Below, one piece after another: positions 12,389-27,480 of a stretch of 64,000 nucleotides of DNA (position 1 is the first letter of the stretch; the number at the start of each line of letters is the position of its first letter). Location of the stretch: positions 48,610,001 to 48,674,000 of the forward strand of contig CM052818.1 of NCBI GenBank assembly GCA_028534125.1, in the 5' to 3' direction. A program made the position numbers and the translations under genes. Source of the DNA: Lama glama. Taxonomy: Eukaryota. The notes under the pieces were generated by a model. The model saw only the letters and a program-made list of their open reading frames with translations. It made no database searches and had not been told where the DNA came from.

Positions 12389-12452
12389 CTTCCTCCCAAG
12401 GAACCCTGCTCTGCACCCGCTGAGAGAAAGAGCGAGAAGCCGGGCGCCCCTC

Positions 12453-14300
<1,848 letters not shown>

Positions 14301-17300
14301 GAAGATGGGGGGTGGGGGAGGAGGAGGCCTGTCTAGAAATATGTTATTTTTAAAAAATCCGCGTGTGCGCACAGATGCGCCTCTCCCCGGGATGCTTGGG
14401 AGCCGCGCACGGCTCCGCGGTAGGCTGGAGCGCCCGGGGCGAACCGGGCTAGTCCCGGCGCAGGAGCGAACCAAGGACGAGGTCCCGGGAGAGGCCGGCG
14501 CCCCTTTGTGCCCGGTCCCCCGGAGGCGCGTCGGTGCGAGCAGACGAGGCGCGCTCACTGCCCGCGTGCGCGCGCTCGGGCACGCGCACAGCCTGAGATG
14601 GCGGGTGCAGCCCGGCCCTGCCCGGGTGGGCGCAGCTGCTCCTCGGCGCGCCCCCAGGTCTCAGCCGCTCCCCCGCGCCGCGCGCCACCCGAGGCCGCCT
14701 GGAGAGTCCGCTGCGGCCCCGGCCGACGGAAGGTGGCGCTTTAACACAACAAGCTTCTTCGGGCACGTGGACTCCTTCCTTCTCCCTTTCTCCTTTTCTC
14801 TAAGGCAAAGAAATCCACTTAAAGCCCGAGAGGCTGTATTCTCCCTCCCCCGTTTGCATTTTCTGTTGTGTGCTTTTTCTCCGTCTGTTTTCCTTCCTCC
14901 GCGGTGTTTGGAGACGCCGCCGTGCGGGTTTGGCGGCGCCGGGGCCCCGCGCGCCCCGCCCCTGGCGGAGGCCGGAGTAACGGTCCATGGGGCTCGGCTG
15001 GGGCTGGATCCTAGCGTTCAATCTGGCCACTCCCCAAGCTGGATCTAAACCGGGTCCGGGACCAGAGAGCTGCAGCATAGCCCCGCCCCTGCGTCACTTG
15101 CCCCCCTCCTCTCCCGCCCCTCGCCCGGACCCCTCCCCCCAGCTCCCCCACTCCTTCCCAGTCCTCCTCGTCCTCTTTGTCCCCTCCCCCATCTCGGTCA
15201 CCAGCGCCCTCCAGAGCAGCTTCGTCAAGGAGCTGGCACTCCTTCTGGGTCACTCGCTATTTCAGCTGAACAACGTCGACCGAAGAAAGGCAAGGAGCAC
15301 CCCAAGTTTCAGGTCGAAATATTGCCTGTGTCAGGGGCAAGGTGGGACGGACCGCACGTGGGACGTGGACACCGTGAGCAGGCTAGCTGAGGTCCAACAG
15401 CCTGTGCCCCGTCGATCTTGCTCTGCTACTGCCAAACCCGTTTTCCTTTGTGTGTATTCGGTCCCTGTTTCCCATCTACGGCTATTCTGGGGATTAATTA
15501 AGAGAAAACCGCCGCTTCCTATTCCTTCTCGGTCGTCATCCCCATCTTCACACCCGCCAGTGTCGGGGAGCTGGCAACTTTGAATAGTTCTGAGATACTG
15601 CCCAGGGGATTTCACCAGAGAAGTCAGCTGCTTAGGACTAGGAAAAATACCCAAACCTGCGTCCTTTCAGGTGCCTTCTCTGCGGGGAGGAAAAAAAACT
15701 ACTTCGTTACCTAAGCTTTGCCGCTTTTCTGACGTCTTTAAAACGTAAAATGGAACCATGTTTTCACAGATCTTTATTTTTAAATTATCACCATCGCCCA
15801 AGCCCCCTCCCCCCCCCACCTATGTGCATCCTAAAGAAAAACACCGTATCCAATACTTGTTGTATTCAGGCTAATAATGCTGGCAGTTTATTTTTAAGAG
15901 CCAAAGGAACCAAAATAATTTACAGTCATTCTTTGATGGGCTAACTTGAAGTCTGGAGAGGTATAAAACCCAAGGCAGTGTGTGAAAATTCATCTTCACT
16001 CCTGCAAGGCAAAAACTGCGTCTTGTTTTTCTCTCTCTCCTCACACATTCCCCGGCTATTCCAGCTACTGGGAACACCACCGGGTGGGGGCTGGACTGGG
16101 TGGTGACCCTACACCTCTCTACACCCCGACACACGATACATCCACACTCTAGCTAGAGGGCTTGAGATAATTTAGCTCAGTTGCAGTATTTTCCTGCAAA
16201 CCACAAAGGCACCTAAGCTAAGCATCTTAGGCTCTAAAAGAGAAAATGCATTTGAAAATCTGGCAAATTCGGTGTAATGTGCCTTCTTCACTCTAGAGCA
16301 AAAATCAGATTTAACTATTCATTTATTTAATATTTTATGCAAAAACATTAAGATCTTTTATTTTCCTTTTTCTCTTGGCCTTTGTTGCAGAGAGTCCTAA
16401 AATCTATTCTTTGGAATACATAAGGAAGCCACGTTCACATTCTACTTAAAGCATCTTTTTTTTTCAACTTTATTTTTTATTAGGTTTAACTTTAGAATGA
16501 GCAATACGTGCATACAGTAGGACTGAAAAATCATGGGCTTTCTGCCCATAGTGTTGCAATCTTCTTAGAGGAAATAATAAGGTAAAATTTGTTCTTTCAC
16601 ATGAGAAATGTAACTTGTGTTCTAAGAAAAATGGGCCATTTGCTGGGGACGGGAAAGCTGGAGGCAGGGGGTGTTTATTAGTCTGGGCTGAATGGAAGTG
16701 ATGAGGGTGAGCGGGTCAGCCCTGGGAGTCGATGAGTCTTTAATAAACAGCAGAGACTGGAAGGGTGAAGCCGGCCTTGCTGGGGTCTCAGGAATGTGGT
16801 TGAGCAGATTTCTCCCTCTGCCACAGGCAAGGTAAGAGTTTTCAGAAGGGATTGACTAGATTGCTATTTTTTAACATGGGTCCACCCCTCATATTAAATG
16901 TTAGCTAATTTAGTTAGGACTAGGTGAGGAAAAGCAAAAAAAAAAAAAAAAACTAAATAACTCCTCTCTATTTTTTTCTTTTGGCTCCCTAAGGAACAAC
17001 ATTTTTAAATAAATATAACCTTTTTTAAAAAGAAATGGGAACATTTTTGAGATCTGTAGGTTTCTTACGGGAACAGTCTCTGCTCATGAAAACCAGATGT
17101 TTGGAACATCAGCGGTAACCAAGTATTAAAAAGAATCTTAGGGCTTCTCAGTACACCTCTTGGAGGTCTAATTTGGTAAAATGGAAATGTATCTGCTATT
17201 TTTTAAACCACTGAATCAGGATTAGACTCACCGGTCACCTATTTATAGCCAGTATCCACATCATATTTGTGTGTATATCCATCTATATAATCGTTTTTAA

Positions 17301-17458
17301 GTAATATATGCAATTTTATTACTAACAATAGACACTGTTGGATATATAATTAATGTTCAGAATCTTAAGATTTGCTTTTGATTATCAGAGCTGCACATGA
17401 CTATTTTTATGATGATTGTTGTCTTTTTACAATTGCATCTTTATAAAAAAACATTTAT

Positions 17459-17552
17459 GGGGGGTCTAGCTCAGAGGCAGAGCGTCTGCTTAGCATGTAC
17501 GAGGTCTTGGATTCAGTGCCCAGTACTTCCATTAAAAAATATATATATTTAT
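17459..17552 (+). mobile_element. tRNA-Ala(AGC)-derived SINE (Vic-1-like), short form
   Basis: GGGGGTCTAGCTCAGAGGCAGAGCGTCTGCTTAGCATGTACGAGGTCTTGGATTCAGTGCCCAGTACTTCCA, with degenerate A/B boxes and an A/TA tail. Confidence 0.85.
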
Positions 17553-17970
17553 AAAGACTGTTATATAAGAGCATAAGGTATTCTACAAAATCTCTCAAAA
17601 TTATGAAAACACAGTTAAAACAAATATGAAATGTTCTTTTTTCTTTTGAAGAAGAAACTTTTGCTAAGTAAATAATACACTGAAAATATCACCGGGATAT
17701 TATCCGACTCACTGAATGGAATACGCCATTTTTAGAAGTGTTCTGACTCCAAGCATGTCTCTGCTGCTGAAAGGATGCTGGGCAGGAGGGCCCCCTCCCT
17801 TTCTTCTCCTGGGACCTCCTGTCTGAGATGAGCCCTCTGTTCCTCTGCGTTCAGCTCCATCAGACCTGTCCTGAGTTAGGGTCTGAGTATCTTCTGCCTA
17901 CGGAACATCCCCCTTGCATGTCCCTTAGATGTGGTAATAGGTGTACGTTGAACTCAAGCTACCTTCCAGG

Positions 17971-18002
17971 CACACACGCGCACACACACACACACACACA
18001 CA
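17971..18002 (+). repeat. (CA)n microsatellite, interrupted
   Basis: Directly visible. Confidence 0.9.
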
Positions 18003-18874
18003 ATTGCTCCCTGCTGCTCTTCGTATATTTCCTAACTTTGTGAAACACACCACAACATACATGTTCATTAAAATTGACTGTGGACAGCATCTCAGAATCA
18101 TTACACACACATAGACTAAAACACTGAGGTCGTCTTGGGTGAATATTTTTGTCTCAAAGGATTTCAAAAGGTCACCGTGATCTGACTCCTGCCTGACTCT
18201 CCAGATCCCAACCTTCCCCCATTCTTCTCGGCATGCTTCCGGGTTTTTTGTATTTATTCTGCACACCTGGAACTTTCCTTCCACCCAATCGTTGCGTTTG
18301 GAGCCATTCACTGGGCTCGACCTTAGGTGTGACACCCCTCCCCGCCACAAACAGGCTGCCGTGACCATCAGTCCCCTGCTGGCCCGTCACACGGCAGTAG
18401 CTGAGGTAAATCTTGCTATATTCTCACTTGTTGATGCTCTGACTCTCCCAGCCGGAGAGAACGCACCACGGAGGCGGAGGGCATAGGGCAGGGACTCTGA
18501 AATGATGAAACGCAATTTTACATCATGGCCAGTACACACCCTGCAGGAACCAAAGAGTCACAAATTAGCAGGTCTCCTTGTGAAGCACAATTCAGGCCAT
18601 TGTCTATTCCATTTCTTTAAACAATGTTGCTAAAGCCCACTGAATTCACCTATTAAAGAAGTGCTACTGAAGTTAAAAACACTGGGTTGAGAGCTGAGAC
18701 TTGGAACGTTCTGCCTTGGATTGAGATTTCTGTATCTGGTGGCCTTCCTTTTATTGGTGGGTATCATCATGCAGCCCTTGATTTTTATTTAATAAGAAGA
18801 AAATAATTACACAAACTGCCTCTGCAATGAATGTCCTGTCTTATTATATTAATCATATGAGCTATGTGTTCTTT

Positions 18875-20035
18875 TTTTTAAAAGACAGACTATTTTTAAG
18901 AGTAGTTTTAGCAAACTCAGCAAAACTCAGTGGGAAGTAGAGAGAATTACCCTGCGCCGGCGGTCCCCACTCAGGCACAGCCTTCCTCTTCATCAGCATC
19001 CCCACCAGATGGTACATTTGTTAAAAGTGATGAACTTACACTGACACATTGTTATCACCCACGTTCCGTAGTGTACATCCGGGCTCCACCCTTGGTGCTG
19101 TGTATTCTCTAGGTTTTGACAAATGGGCAATGACATGTATCCATAATTATCATTTCATGCAGAGTAGTTTCAATGCCCTAAATATATCCTTCATGCTCCC
19201 CTCTAAAAATCATCCCTCCCATCTCCCTCCAACCTCTGGCCACCACTGCCTTTTTTAGTGTCTCCATAGTTTTTATTTTTCTAGAATGTCTCATACTTGG
19301 AATCATGGAGTGTGTAGCCTTTTCAGACTGGCTTCTTTCACTTGCTCGCGTGCATATAAAGTTCCTCCATATCTTTTCATGGCTTGATATCTCATTCCTT
19401 TTTAGCAGTGAATATTATTCCATTGCATGGATGTACCGCAGCGTATTTATCCATTCACCTTCTTAAGGACATTTAGGTTGCTTCCAAGTTTTGGCAATTA
19501 TGAATAAAGCTGCCATAAATATTCACAGGGAGGTATTTATGTAGTTATAAGGTTTTGATTCTTTTGGGCAAATGCCAAGAATTATGATTGCTGGATCACC
19601 TAGTAAGAGTTTAATTTGGGAAAAATTTGTCAAACTGCCTTCCAAAGTGACTGTACCATTTTGCACTCCCACGAGCAACGCGTGAGAGTTCCTGTTGGCC
19701 CACGTGCTCATCAGCATTTGGTGATGTCGGTATTTGGGATTTTAGCCATTCTGCTAGGGGTGTGCTGGCATCCCCTTGTTGTTTTAACCTGCATTTCCCT
19801 GATGACATTTGCTGTGGAGCATCCTCTCATGTGCTTACATGCTGTCTGTATATCTTCTCTGATGAGGTGTCTGTTCATGTCTTGTGCCCCTTTTTGAAAC
19901 AGGTCCATTTTCTTATTGCTCGGTTTTAAGAATTCTCTGTACATTTTGGACAACAGTCCTTTATCAGATGTGTCTTTTGCAGAGATTTTCCCCAAGTCTG
20001 TGGCTTGTCTTCTCATTCACTTGACAGTGTTTTTC
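18875..20035 (-). mobile_element. Old L1 (L1MC-like), 3' UTR plus end of ORF2
   Basis: Typical antisense L1 text (ggacatttaggttgcttccaagttttggcaattatgaataaagctgc). Minus-strand ORFs give ORF2 C-terminal remnants (MRRQATDLGKISAKDTSDKGLLSK...IREMQVKTT). Confidence 0.9.
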
Positions 20036-20175
20036 AAGTAAGTTACTTAACCCCTCTGGTGCCTCAGTTTTCTCATGTATAAAATGGGATGGTAATGACT
20101 ACCTTATAAAACTGTTGTGTGAGCAAACAGGTGTCTGATACGAGTGCTTTATGAGATGCCCGCCAGTGTTACTAT
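20036..20175 (+). mobile_element. MIR SINE
   Basis: aagttacttaacccctctggtgcctcagttttctcatgtataaaatgggat, MIR core. Confidence 0.8.
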
Positions 20176-21322
20176 TGTTATTGTTTTAATCATTTACTCT
20201 CCAATGCTTCTAAAGTAGTCCCTGGCACAGAGTGGCTATTCTGTAAACGTCTACTGAAAGAATGAGTCTTCACATTTGTTCACATAACCCAGTAAGCTCA
20301 GGCAGCTCTTCTCCCAAATCACTCCTGAACCCATTCCCTTCTGCCCATTTCTACCGTCGCTGCGTGCATGTCGACTCCACCCAGTAGTCTAGCAGAATTT
20401 TATCACAGACACCAAGCCACTGGCCTCCCTGCCCCAACACTGCAACCAGACTCTTCCTTCTGGCGTGAAAATTGGACACAGGGCTCTCCAAATTCATGTT
20501 CTTTGAAGCTCTTCACCCTTGAACAAAACCAGCTCCCCTTGGCAATTCAAGTAAGGCGTGTGTGTTTTCTCTTTCACCTGTTTCACCACAAACAAAAACA
20601 CAGAGGAGCACTGGGGCAGCCAGCGCAGGGCACTGGCTTCCAAATCTGTTCGGACCACGACCTGCCACATGAAGTACATTTGACATATGACCCGGCGCAC
20701 GCACACTAGGCAGAAATACAAGTGAAGCCAGCTGCGGGAGGGATGTTTGTGGCTCCAGGTAAAGCATTGTCACAAGTCCACACTGGTCTTCTCAACAAGG
20801 TGTTTGCTAGAACTTGATTTCTTTTGTAATTTAAACAATCTTTATTTAAGAAAATATATTACTCAACTTTCTTTCCTTTATTTTGTTTTATTTATCTTTT
20901 GAGACCCTGCTCTGGAAAAGGCATTCACCTGGGCACCCCAGGGATTATTTTTATATCTAAAGAAGGTGAATAGCTGTTTCCTAAAAGCACATATTTTTAG
21001 TGTCAACAAAGCTGCCCTGTTACACCAACTGCTCCTGTGCTCTGCTGCTCCAGGAAAAGGACAGGGTGGGGCGGGGGGGGCGGTGGGGAGCCGCTCCTGC
21101 ACAATTATGCTAATCCTTTACCATCAGAACAAAAGAGGACCAACAGAAGCTCTACAAAAATGCCTGAGTGCACTTCCTGGACTTGCAGCCTGTAAGGGAA
21201 GGAGAGAGGACAGTTGTCCACCCTTCCTGGGCTGAGAAGCCTGTCCCCCTAGAGACAGGCTGCACCCCTTTCTATATCAGCATCCTTGTCTTATACACTG
21301 AAGAAGACGACATGCATGGTTT

Positions 21323-21349
21323 TGTGTGTGTGTGTGTGTGCGTGTGTGT
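21323..21349 (+). repeat. (TG)n microsatellite
   Basis: Directly visible. Confidence 0.9.
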
Positions 21350-21383
21350 TTAAAGGAGTATGAAATAAAAAGGAATGGATAAA

Positions 21384-21528
21384 GGGGGAGTGTAAAGCTC
21401 AGTGGTAAAAGCATGTGCAGGAGGTCCTGGGTTCAATCCCCAGTACCTCCACTAAAATAAACAAATAAACCTAATTACCTCCCTGACCAAAATAACTAAT
21501 TAAAAAGTTAAGTGAATTTAAAAAAAAA
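21384..21528 (+). mobile_element. tRNA-derived SINE (Vic-1-like)
   Basis: A box agctcagtggta, B box ggttcaatccc, small deletion in the anticodon arm, tail aaataaacctaattacctcccc plus an A-rich end. Confidence 0.9.
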
Positions 21529-23080
21529 GGGGGAGGATGGCTAGACTATTTTTAAAGTGCAATGTTGAAATCCACCAAATCCGATCTCTTCACGTGTGGC
21601 TACTATCCTGGTTGGCGGGTCTTAACTCTGCTTAGAGAAGACATCCACATCCAGAGGCATGGCTGTGTCGTGTACCTTTGATGTCGTCCCCCAAGGGGGC
21701 CACCAGAGAAGTAGTGAGCGTCTTGCCCGTGAGCGTCCTGGGGATTTCAGGGACGGGGCTGCTTCAGCGGCGGGAGGGAGGTGCCTCCCGGCTGTGATGA
21801 GCCAGAGTCCTCGGAATGACCCTTTCTGACCAAGCTGCCCAGCCGCGGCCTGGGCTGAAGCCCCCCGCTTCCTCTCCTGAACCCTGTCATCGGCTGAATC
21901 TCCTTAACTGACTCCTGAACTCAGGTGTCCGCCGCTGTTTTCTGGCCCTTGCTCAGTCAGTCTCTCTCTCTCTCCGTTTCTGTTTCTCTGTCTCTCAATT
22001 TTTTCCCCTTCAGTATCGCTAAGATTCTTTTTTTTTCCCCTGACACGTCATGTCATTCGTGTCATCCCCGTGGTCTGTCGCCGTGGTATTCGTGTGCAGC
22101 ACAAATGATGATTATGTTCTAGACACTCAGAGCACGAACGTGAGCTGGAGCAGGACGAAGCCGACCTTCTGCTGGAAGCGGGCATTCCTCAGTCTGCGGT
22201 CCCCGTCAGAGCAGCTGCTCGCTGCGGTGCCAAAGGCGGAATTGAAAGGGCATCTCCTGGCGGGGGCGGGGGGACGGGGCAGCGAGCGGACCCTGGTGTC
22301 TGCTGCCCCGGGAGATACCCCTGTGCGGAGGGAGGCTGCGTCCCGGCTCAGAAGGACCGGCTCTCCCGCTGGCTGCCGTCGGTGAGCTGTGTGGGCTCGG
22401 GCCGGCGGGGGCCCAGTCTGGGTGCTGGTCTCCTCACGGGCAGGAAGCGTTCAGACCAGGTGGCATCCAAGGTTCTGCCTGCCTCCGACCACTGCAGCGT
22501 TTTCACGCAACTCAGCTCATCATCCTGACAGAAACCATGCACCAGGGGACATCATTTTGGTTTGGTTTTCCTAAGTCATACTTCTGGCATCTAGAGATTC
22601 ATTCGACTTTAAATATGTCCATTTCACCGTGGCTCCAGCACTTTCTGGAATCGACTGTTTGTCCTTCCTGCGTGTAAAGCTCACGCGCCCGGGCAGCCCT
22701 CGCTTTGCGGTGCTTCACGGGATGGCGTGTCTCACAGACGGAAGGCCTGCGGCCCCGCTGCACGGAGCACGGCTGTCGGCGCCATCCCCCCCGCGGCGTG
22801 ATTTTGTTTTAATTCGGGCCTCTTAGGTGTTCTCGTGAAATAATGTTTTCCCCTTTAGTGAACTGCTAGACTTCACTTTGACAGGCAACAAGGCGATGGC
22901 GGAAGTGGGTGAGGGGAGGCGCAGTCCCACCGCCAGCAGGACTCTGACTGCTCTGTCTTGTGGTCACAGCCTCCAGAAATGCAGGTGCTGTGCTATGTCT
23001 GTGAGCCTTGGGGTCACAGAAAACACTCTCCCACAAGTGGAAACGTACTGTTTAACATCATATTCAAACCAAAAGGGTAT

Positions 23081-23800
23081 TTAATTTTTTTTAATTGAAG
23101 TGTGTTTGATTTACAGTGCTCGTTATTTTCTGATGCACAGCATAAAGATTCAGTTAAACATACACATATGTTATTTTTCATTATCGGTTGTTGCAAGATA
23201 TTGAATATAGTTCCCTATGCTGTACAGTAGGATTTTGTTGTTTATCTATTTTGTATATAGTAGTGTATATCAGTTAATACCAACCTTCTAATTTATCCCT
23301 CCCTTCCCCTTTCCCCTTTGGTAAACATGAGTTTATTTTCTATGTCTGTGAGTCTTTTTCTGTTTGGTAAATAGTTAATTTGTATCATTTTTAGATTCCA
23401 TATATAAGTGATATCATATGATATTTGTCTTTCTCTGTCTGACTTACTTCATTAGTATGATAATCTCTAGGTCCATGCATGTTGCTGCAAATGGGATTAT
23501 TTCATTATTTTTTATGGCTGAGTAGTATTCCAATGTAAATATACCACATCTTCTTTGTCTATTCATCTGTCCACGGACATTTAGGTTGCTTCCATGTCTT
23601 GGCCATTGTAAAAAGTGCCACTATAAACATTGGGTATAGCTAAATTTTTGAATTAGAGTTCCCTCCAGATATATGTCCAGAAGTGGGATTGCTGGATCAT
23701 ATGGTAAGTCTGTTTTTAGTTTTATAAGGAACCTCCATACTGTTTCCCACAGTGGCTGCACCAATTTACATTCCCACCAACCGTGTAAGAGGGTTCCCAT
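23081..23800 (-). mobile_element. 5'-truncated L1 (cetartiodactyl-type 3' end)
   Basis: Poly-T, then aattgaagtgtgtttgatttacagtg...ccctatgctgtacagtagg...gggattgctggatcatatggtaag...cagtggctgcaccaatttacattcccacc. Confidence 0.93.
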
Positions 23801-25989
23801 AGGGAATTAACATAAATAACTTAAGTCATTTTGGAACTGTAAGCTGTGTTGTACAGGTAGTGACTTTCCTACCACAGGAAGAAAGTGTCATTGAGGCACA
23901 GAGCCTTGGGTGGGCCCACACACAACACGGTTTAATTGTATTTCTTGACCACGAGCCGACATGGCACTGTCCCTGCTCTCAGCCCAGCTGTTGCTTCACC
24001 ACTGCTGTCTGTGCAGCATCTTGTGCTTTTAATGACGGCGTTTATCTCATTCACACCGCGGTCTCCCCCGGTTACAATGGGTTGTGTTAGGACAGGAAAA
24101 GCCTACTGACTGGTCGCACTCAGGCTGCCTGTAGAGGACACGGCGGAGACAGAGGAAAGCCCTCGCATTATTTATAGACTCATTTCAGTGCTAAGACGCT
24201 GCTCTACAGTGACGTCCCTCTACCCAGTTTCCCTGGTGTATTTTGGAGACAGGAACAGCTGACAAATACAAGAAATTCAGACGAATTTCAGTGTAGAAGT
24301 GTTGTCACTGTCGTGGGGCCTGTAACTAGGCAGAACAATCAGAGCAACACCATGGCTGAGGGAGAAGCCCTTTCTATTTGACCACGAGTCCCTTAAAAAT
24401 CGGTGCCTTCATTTCCCCTCGCATGTTCCCTGAAGTTAACACGGTGCCGGCCGGCCGCATAGCGTGGTTCCACGTGCGTGCTTCAGTGAACTAAGAGCTA
24501 AGCGAGGAAGGAAGCCCAGAGGTCCCGGTGGCTTCAAGAGGGTGGCAGCAGAAGGAAACAGAAAAGTCAAGGGCAGCACAGCGGGCACATGATCCCCCTT
24601 CTCTCGCTCATGGTTCTGTTTCCGCCTCCCGTGGGGACCCTGCTTGCAGCCCGGGTCACCGCACCTGCTGTTCCAATGACTGTTCACCTTGAATTTGTCT
24701 GCCATTTTCCCATCCATGCAGTCTGCTGCTGTCAATATCTCACTAATACGTTAGTGAATTCACTCTCTCGTTTTATTTTTTTCCCTCTTGCTTGAACTAC
24801 AGAGGTGAGCATAGAGGAAAATCGAGGCTCTGTGTTTGAACACATTCTTTCTCTCCATTTTCCAGCAGAACTCCAGCTTCTTGGCTCTCTTCCCCTAAGG
24901 ATGACTTTTTCAGGCAGATTTTGATTCCTGAGGACCCTTGCAAACTGTAAAGGTCCACACGTGTCTACAGACTGCAACGTGCTAGACGTGGGTGGTGGGC
25001 GTGTCCAGGGTGAGTCTGTACATAAGTCTGAGTGAAGTAGGGCTTCCTCGTGCCCGTCACCCTCTCCCACACTGAGCCCCCTGGAGCCAGTGAGCACGGG
25101 GGCCACTGATCGGATTCAGGCTGGAATGCTTAACTTACAGAGGTGATGGTGATCATGCCACAGTTTGAAAATAGCTCTGTGTCGTTTCCTTCAGATTTCT
25201 CATTCCATTTCTTGGAGGAGTGACATAGTTCGTCCGGCGTATTTAGTATTTTTCCTGGGACTTAGCTCTTTCATTCCCATCACGGATGGGACGTGATTCT
25301 GTCTACCCTCTTGAAAGCAGAGAGCAAGGGGATATTTAATAGTCTTCTGGACAAATACACGGCAGCATGAATGAGATACTGGTGTGTGTATTTTTGGTTC
25401 TGGCAGTGAAGAATAGGATCTGAGGCATGAAAGGAAAGATATTTATAGTATTTCCTGGTCATGCATTTACTTGCCCAGCTACCTCAGCTGTGGCTTGTTT
25501 ATTGTGTTCATGCTAATTACAGCAATGCCACGGAATCCGATCACACCCTGTACGGAAATGGTTAGCTGTTCTGCGTTACATATTCAAGACCAAGTACATG
25601 ATCGACATAAAAGCTCCTACTCCACCGACATCAATCAATCTAAATTTGACCATATTTTCCAGAAGTGAAATATGAGAGTCATGCAAACTGCCCCTCCCCC
25701 AGAAACACACACAGAAGGGCCCCATCTCAAATCCAAAGACAATGTATGGTATCCAGATTGCCCATTTAAGAAAGAAGCAGACTACGTTTTCCCCCTTACA
25801 ACACTCTTCTTTATCGGCCAGTTCGAATCACTGATGGAACGTTTTAAATGTGGCATGTGTTGCGGTACTTAGAGCAGACACTGCTTCTCTGGGTGTGACA
25901 CACATCATCACAGGCAGGTTTCCACGCGCACCGATGCACGCCGCGTGTGCGCTGCGTGGTATGTAGCGCACACAATTTGGAATCTGAAG

Positions 25990-26130
25990 GTCTGACTTTG
26001 TGGCTTAGAATCTCCAGTTCCTACACTGGTGCACTTCCCTCATCTGAGCCTCAGTTCCCTCCTTGAGAAAATGGCTGAGTACCTCCCACCTGTCTCTGAG
26101 GCTAATGGGAGGTTGAGAAGCACTTCATGA
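25990..26130 (+). mobile_element. MIR relic
   Basis: cacttccctcatctgagcctcagttccctccttgagaaaatgg. Confidence 0.6.
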
Positions 26131-27254
26131 AGCTCATGAATGATTATACAGCATTTTTACAAAGACGGGCCAAGATGCTTTGGAAATTGAAGCGGCATCC
26201 GGCAAAGAAGGCAATGCCACCCTCTGGGGATGTAATGATTTTGTGTGCGTAATGTAGGCGGTCTTTGTCTGAATACTCTCAGACAGAAGACATGGAAAAC
26301 AGAGAGCAAAATGTAAACCCATCTCAGTGGCATCATTTAGACAAAGTTTTCTTAATAGGTTAGGGACCTCGCTGAAATTAAGATACTGAATTTCAAAAGC
26401 ATGGACTCCAGTAGGTACCGCTGCAAAGCTACAGGGATCTTGTCAGGCTGGGAGCAGCAGGGGTGGATGTTAAGTTCAGCAGGGAACGGCCAGGCAGGGC
26501 TGAAGTTCACCTGCAATGGGCACACTTAAGCCAGGCCAGCTACCCTCCCTTTGCTCGAGCTGTTTATAAAGTTCTGCAATTTCAGCAGTATTAGGAGTTG
26601 ACAGTAAATAGGAGACCATCAGTAAGTGATACAGGAAACTAAAGCACACCTTGATGATGATTCATGTTGTCATTCAGGGTCCATGATGCCAAACGACACA
26701 GCAAGCACCTCGCTCTCAGAAAGGCAGTTCTCTCCTTTTCACCGACGTGGAAGCTGATGGAGTCCTGTTGGAAAAAGCATTTCCAGACAGCTTGATCAGC
26801 TGTGTTTTTTTCTTCTTTTTTGGTCCTGTCCATGAAACATGGGACCATGTGAAGACCGAAATAAAGCTCAGGACTTTCCATCAGATGCTCAGTCTGGCTA
26901 CAGATGAACTGTTGTATATTTCACACCTGGAGAACACCCGGTTGTGTCCATTGTGATGAAATTACAGCTTGTGCTTAAAAGACAGGGTCCTTACTGATTT
27001 GTATAATTCCGTTAAGAGACAGTCATGTTTGGAATGACTCAGTATGTGCTGAAGTCACTCTGATCAAAGCTTTTACCTGTTTAAGAGTCCAAGTTACTTT
27101 GGCTACAAGAGGCGCATTCCATATTAAACAAGTAAAGGGGACCATTTACCTGTCTGATGTGTCACAAAAAATCATTTCAGATCACTTTTTGTCTCAGTAT
27201 TTTCCATTACGGAGTGTCAATATCCTATAATTACTGTCCCATATGTATATACTT

Positions 27255-27480
27255 AATAACTATTTGCTAAGCATCAGTTCTGTCCCGGCCACCACGTTGA
27301 GATCACTAATGAAGAATACACTTTCTACTTCAGCTGAACATTTATTTAGTGAGCACCTGTAATGTGCCAGACATTGATTTGAGGCTGGAATATAAAGGGA
27401 AACTCCCAGTCCTGGGATCGCTGGGGGCGGACAGGGAACCCATACACATGTAGGATTTCAGTGCCCTGTGTTAAGCAGGG
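27255..27480 (-). mobile_element. L2 3'-end relic(s)
   Basis: aacatttatttagtgagcacctgtaatgtgccagacattg. Confidence 0.55.

Larger units (their letters stand above)
5420..12452 (-). other. SOX11: SOX11 long 3' UTR (~7 kb)
   Basis: AU-rich, repeat-poor sequence after the stop. It ends at AATAAA (5439-5444, minus strand) followed by a GU/U-rich element. The length fits the known very long SOX11 3' UTR. Confidence 0.8.

Noticed and set aside
14305..15583. 247-aa and 198-aa plus-strand ORFs upstream of SOX11
   Set aside because: CpG-island low-complexity translations with no domain signature.
16808..16838. Apparent 5-nt microexon (ccacag|GCAAG|gtaaga) on the plus strand
   Set aside because: No supported host transcript. 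It lies in degenerate, possibly L2-derived sequence and is plausible by chance.
17460..17531. Functional tRNA-Ala(AGC) gene
   Set aside because: Mutated A and B boxes, mismatched stems, an A-rich tail and related SINE copies nearby indicate a retroposed SINE.
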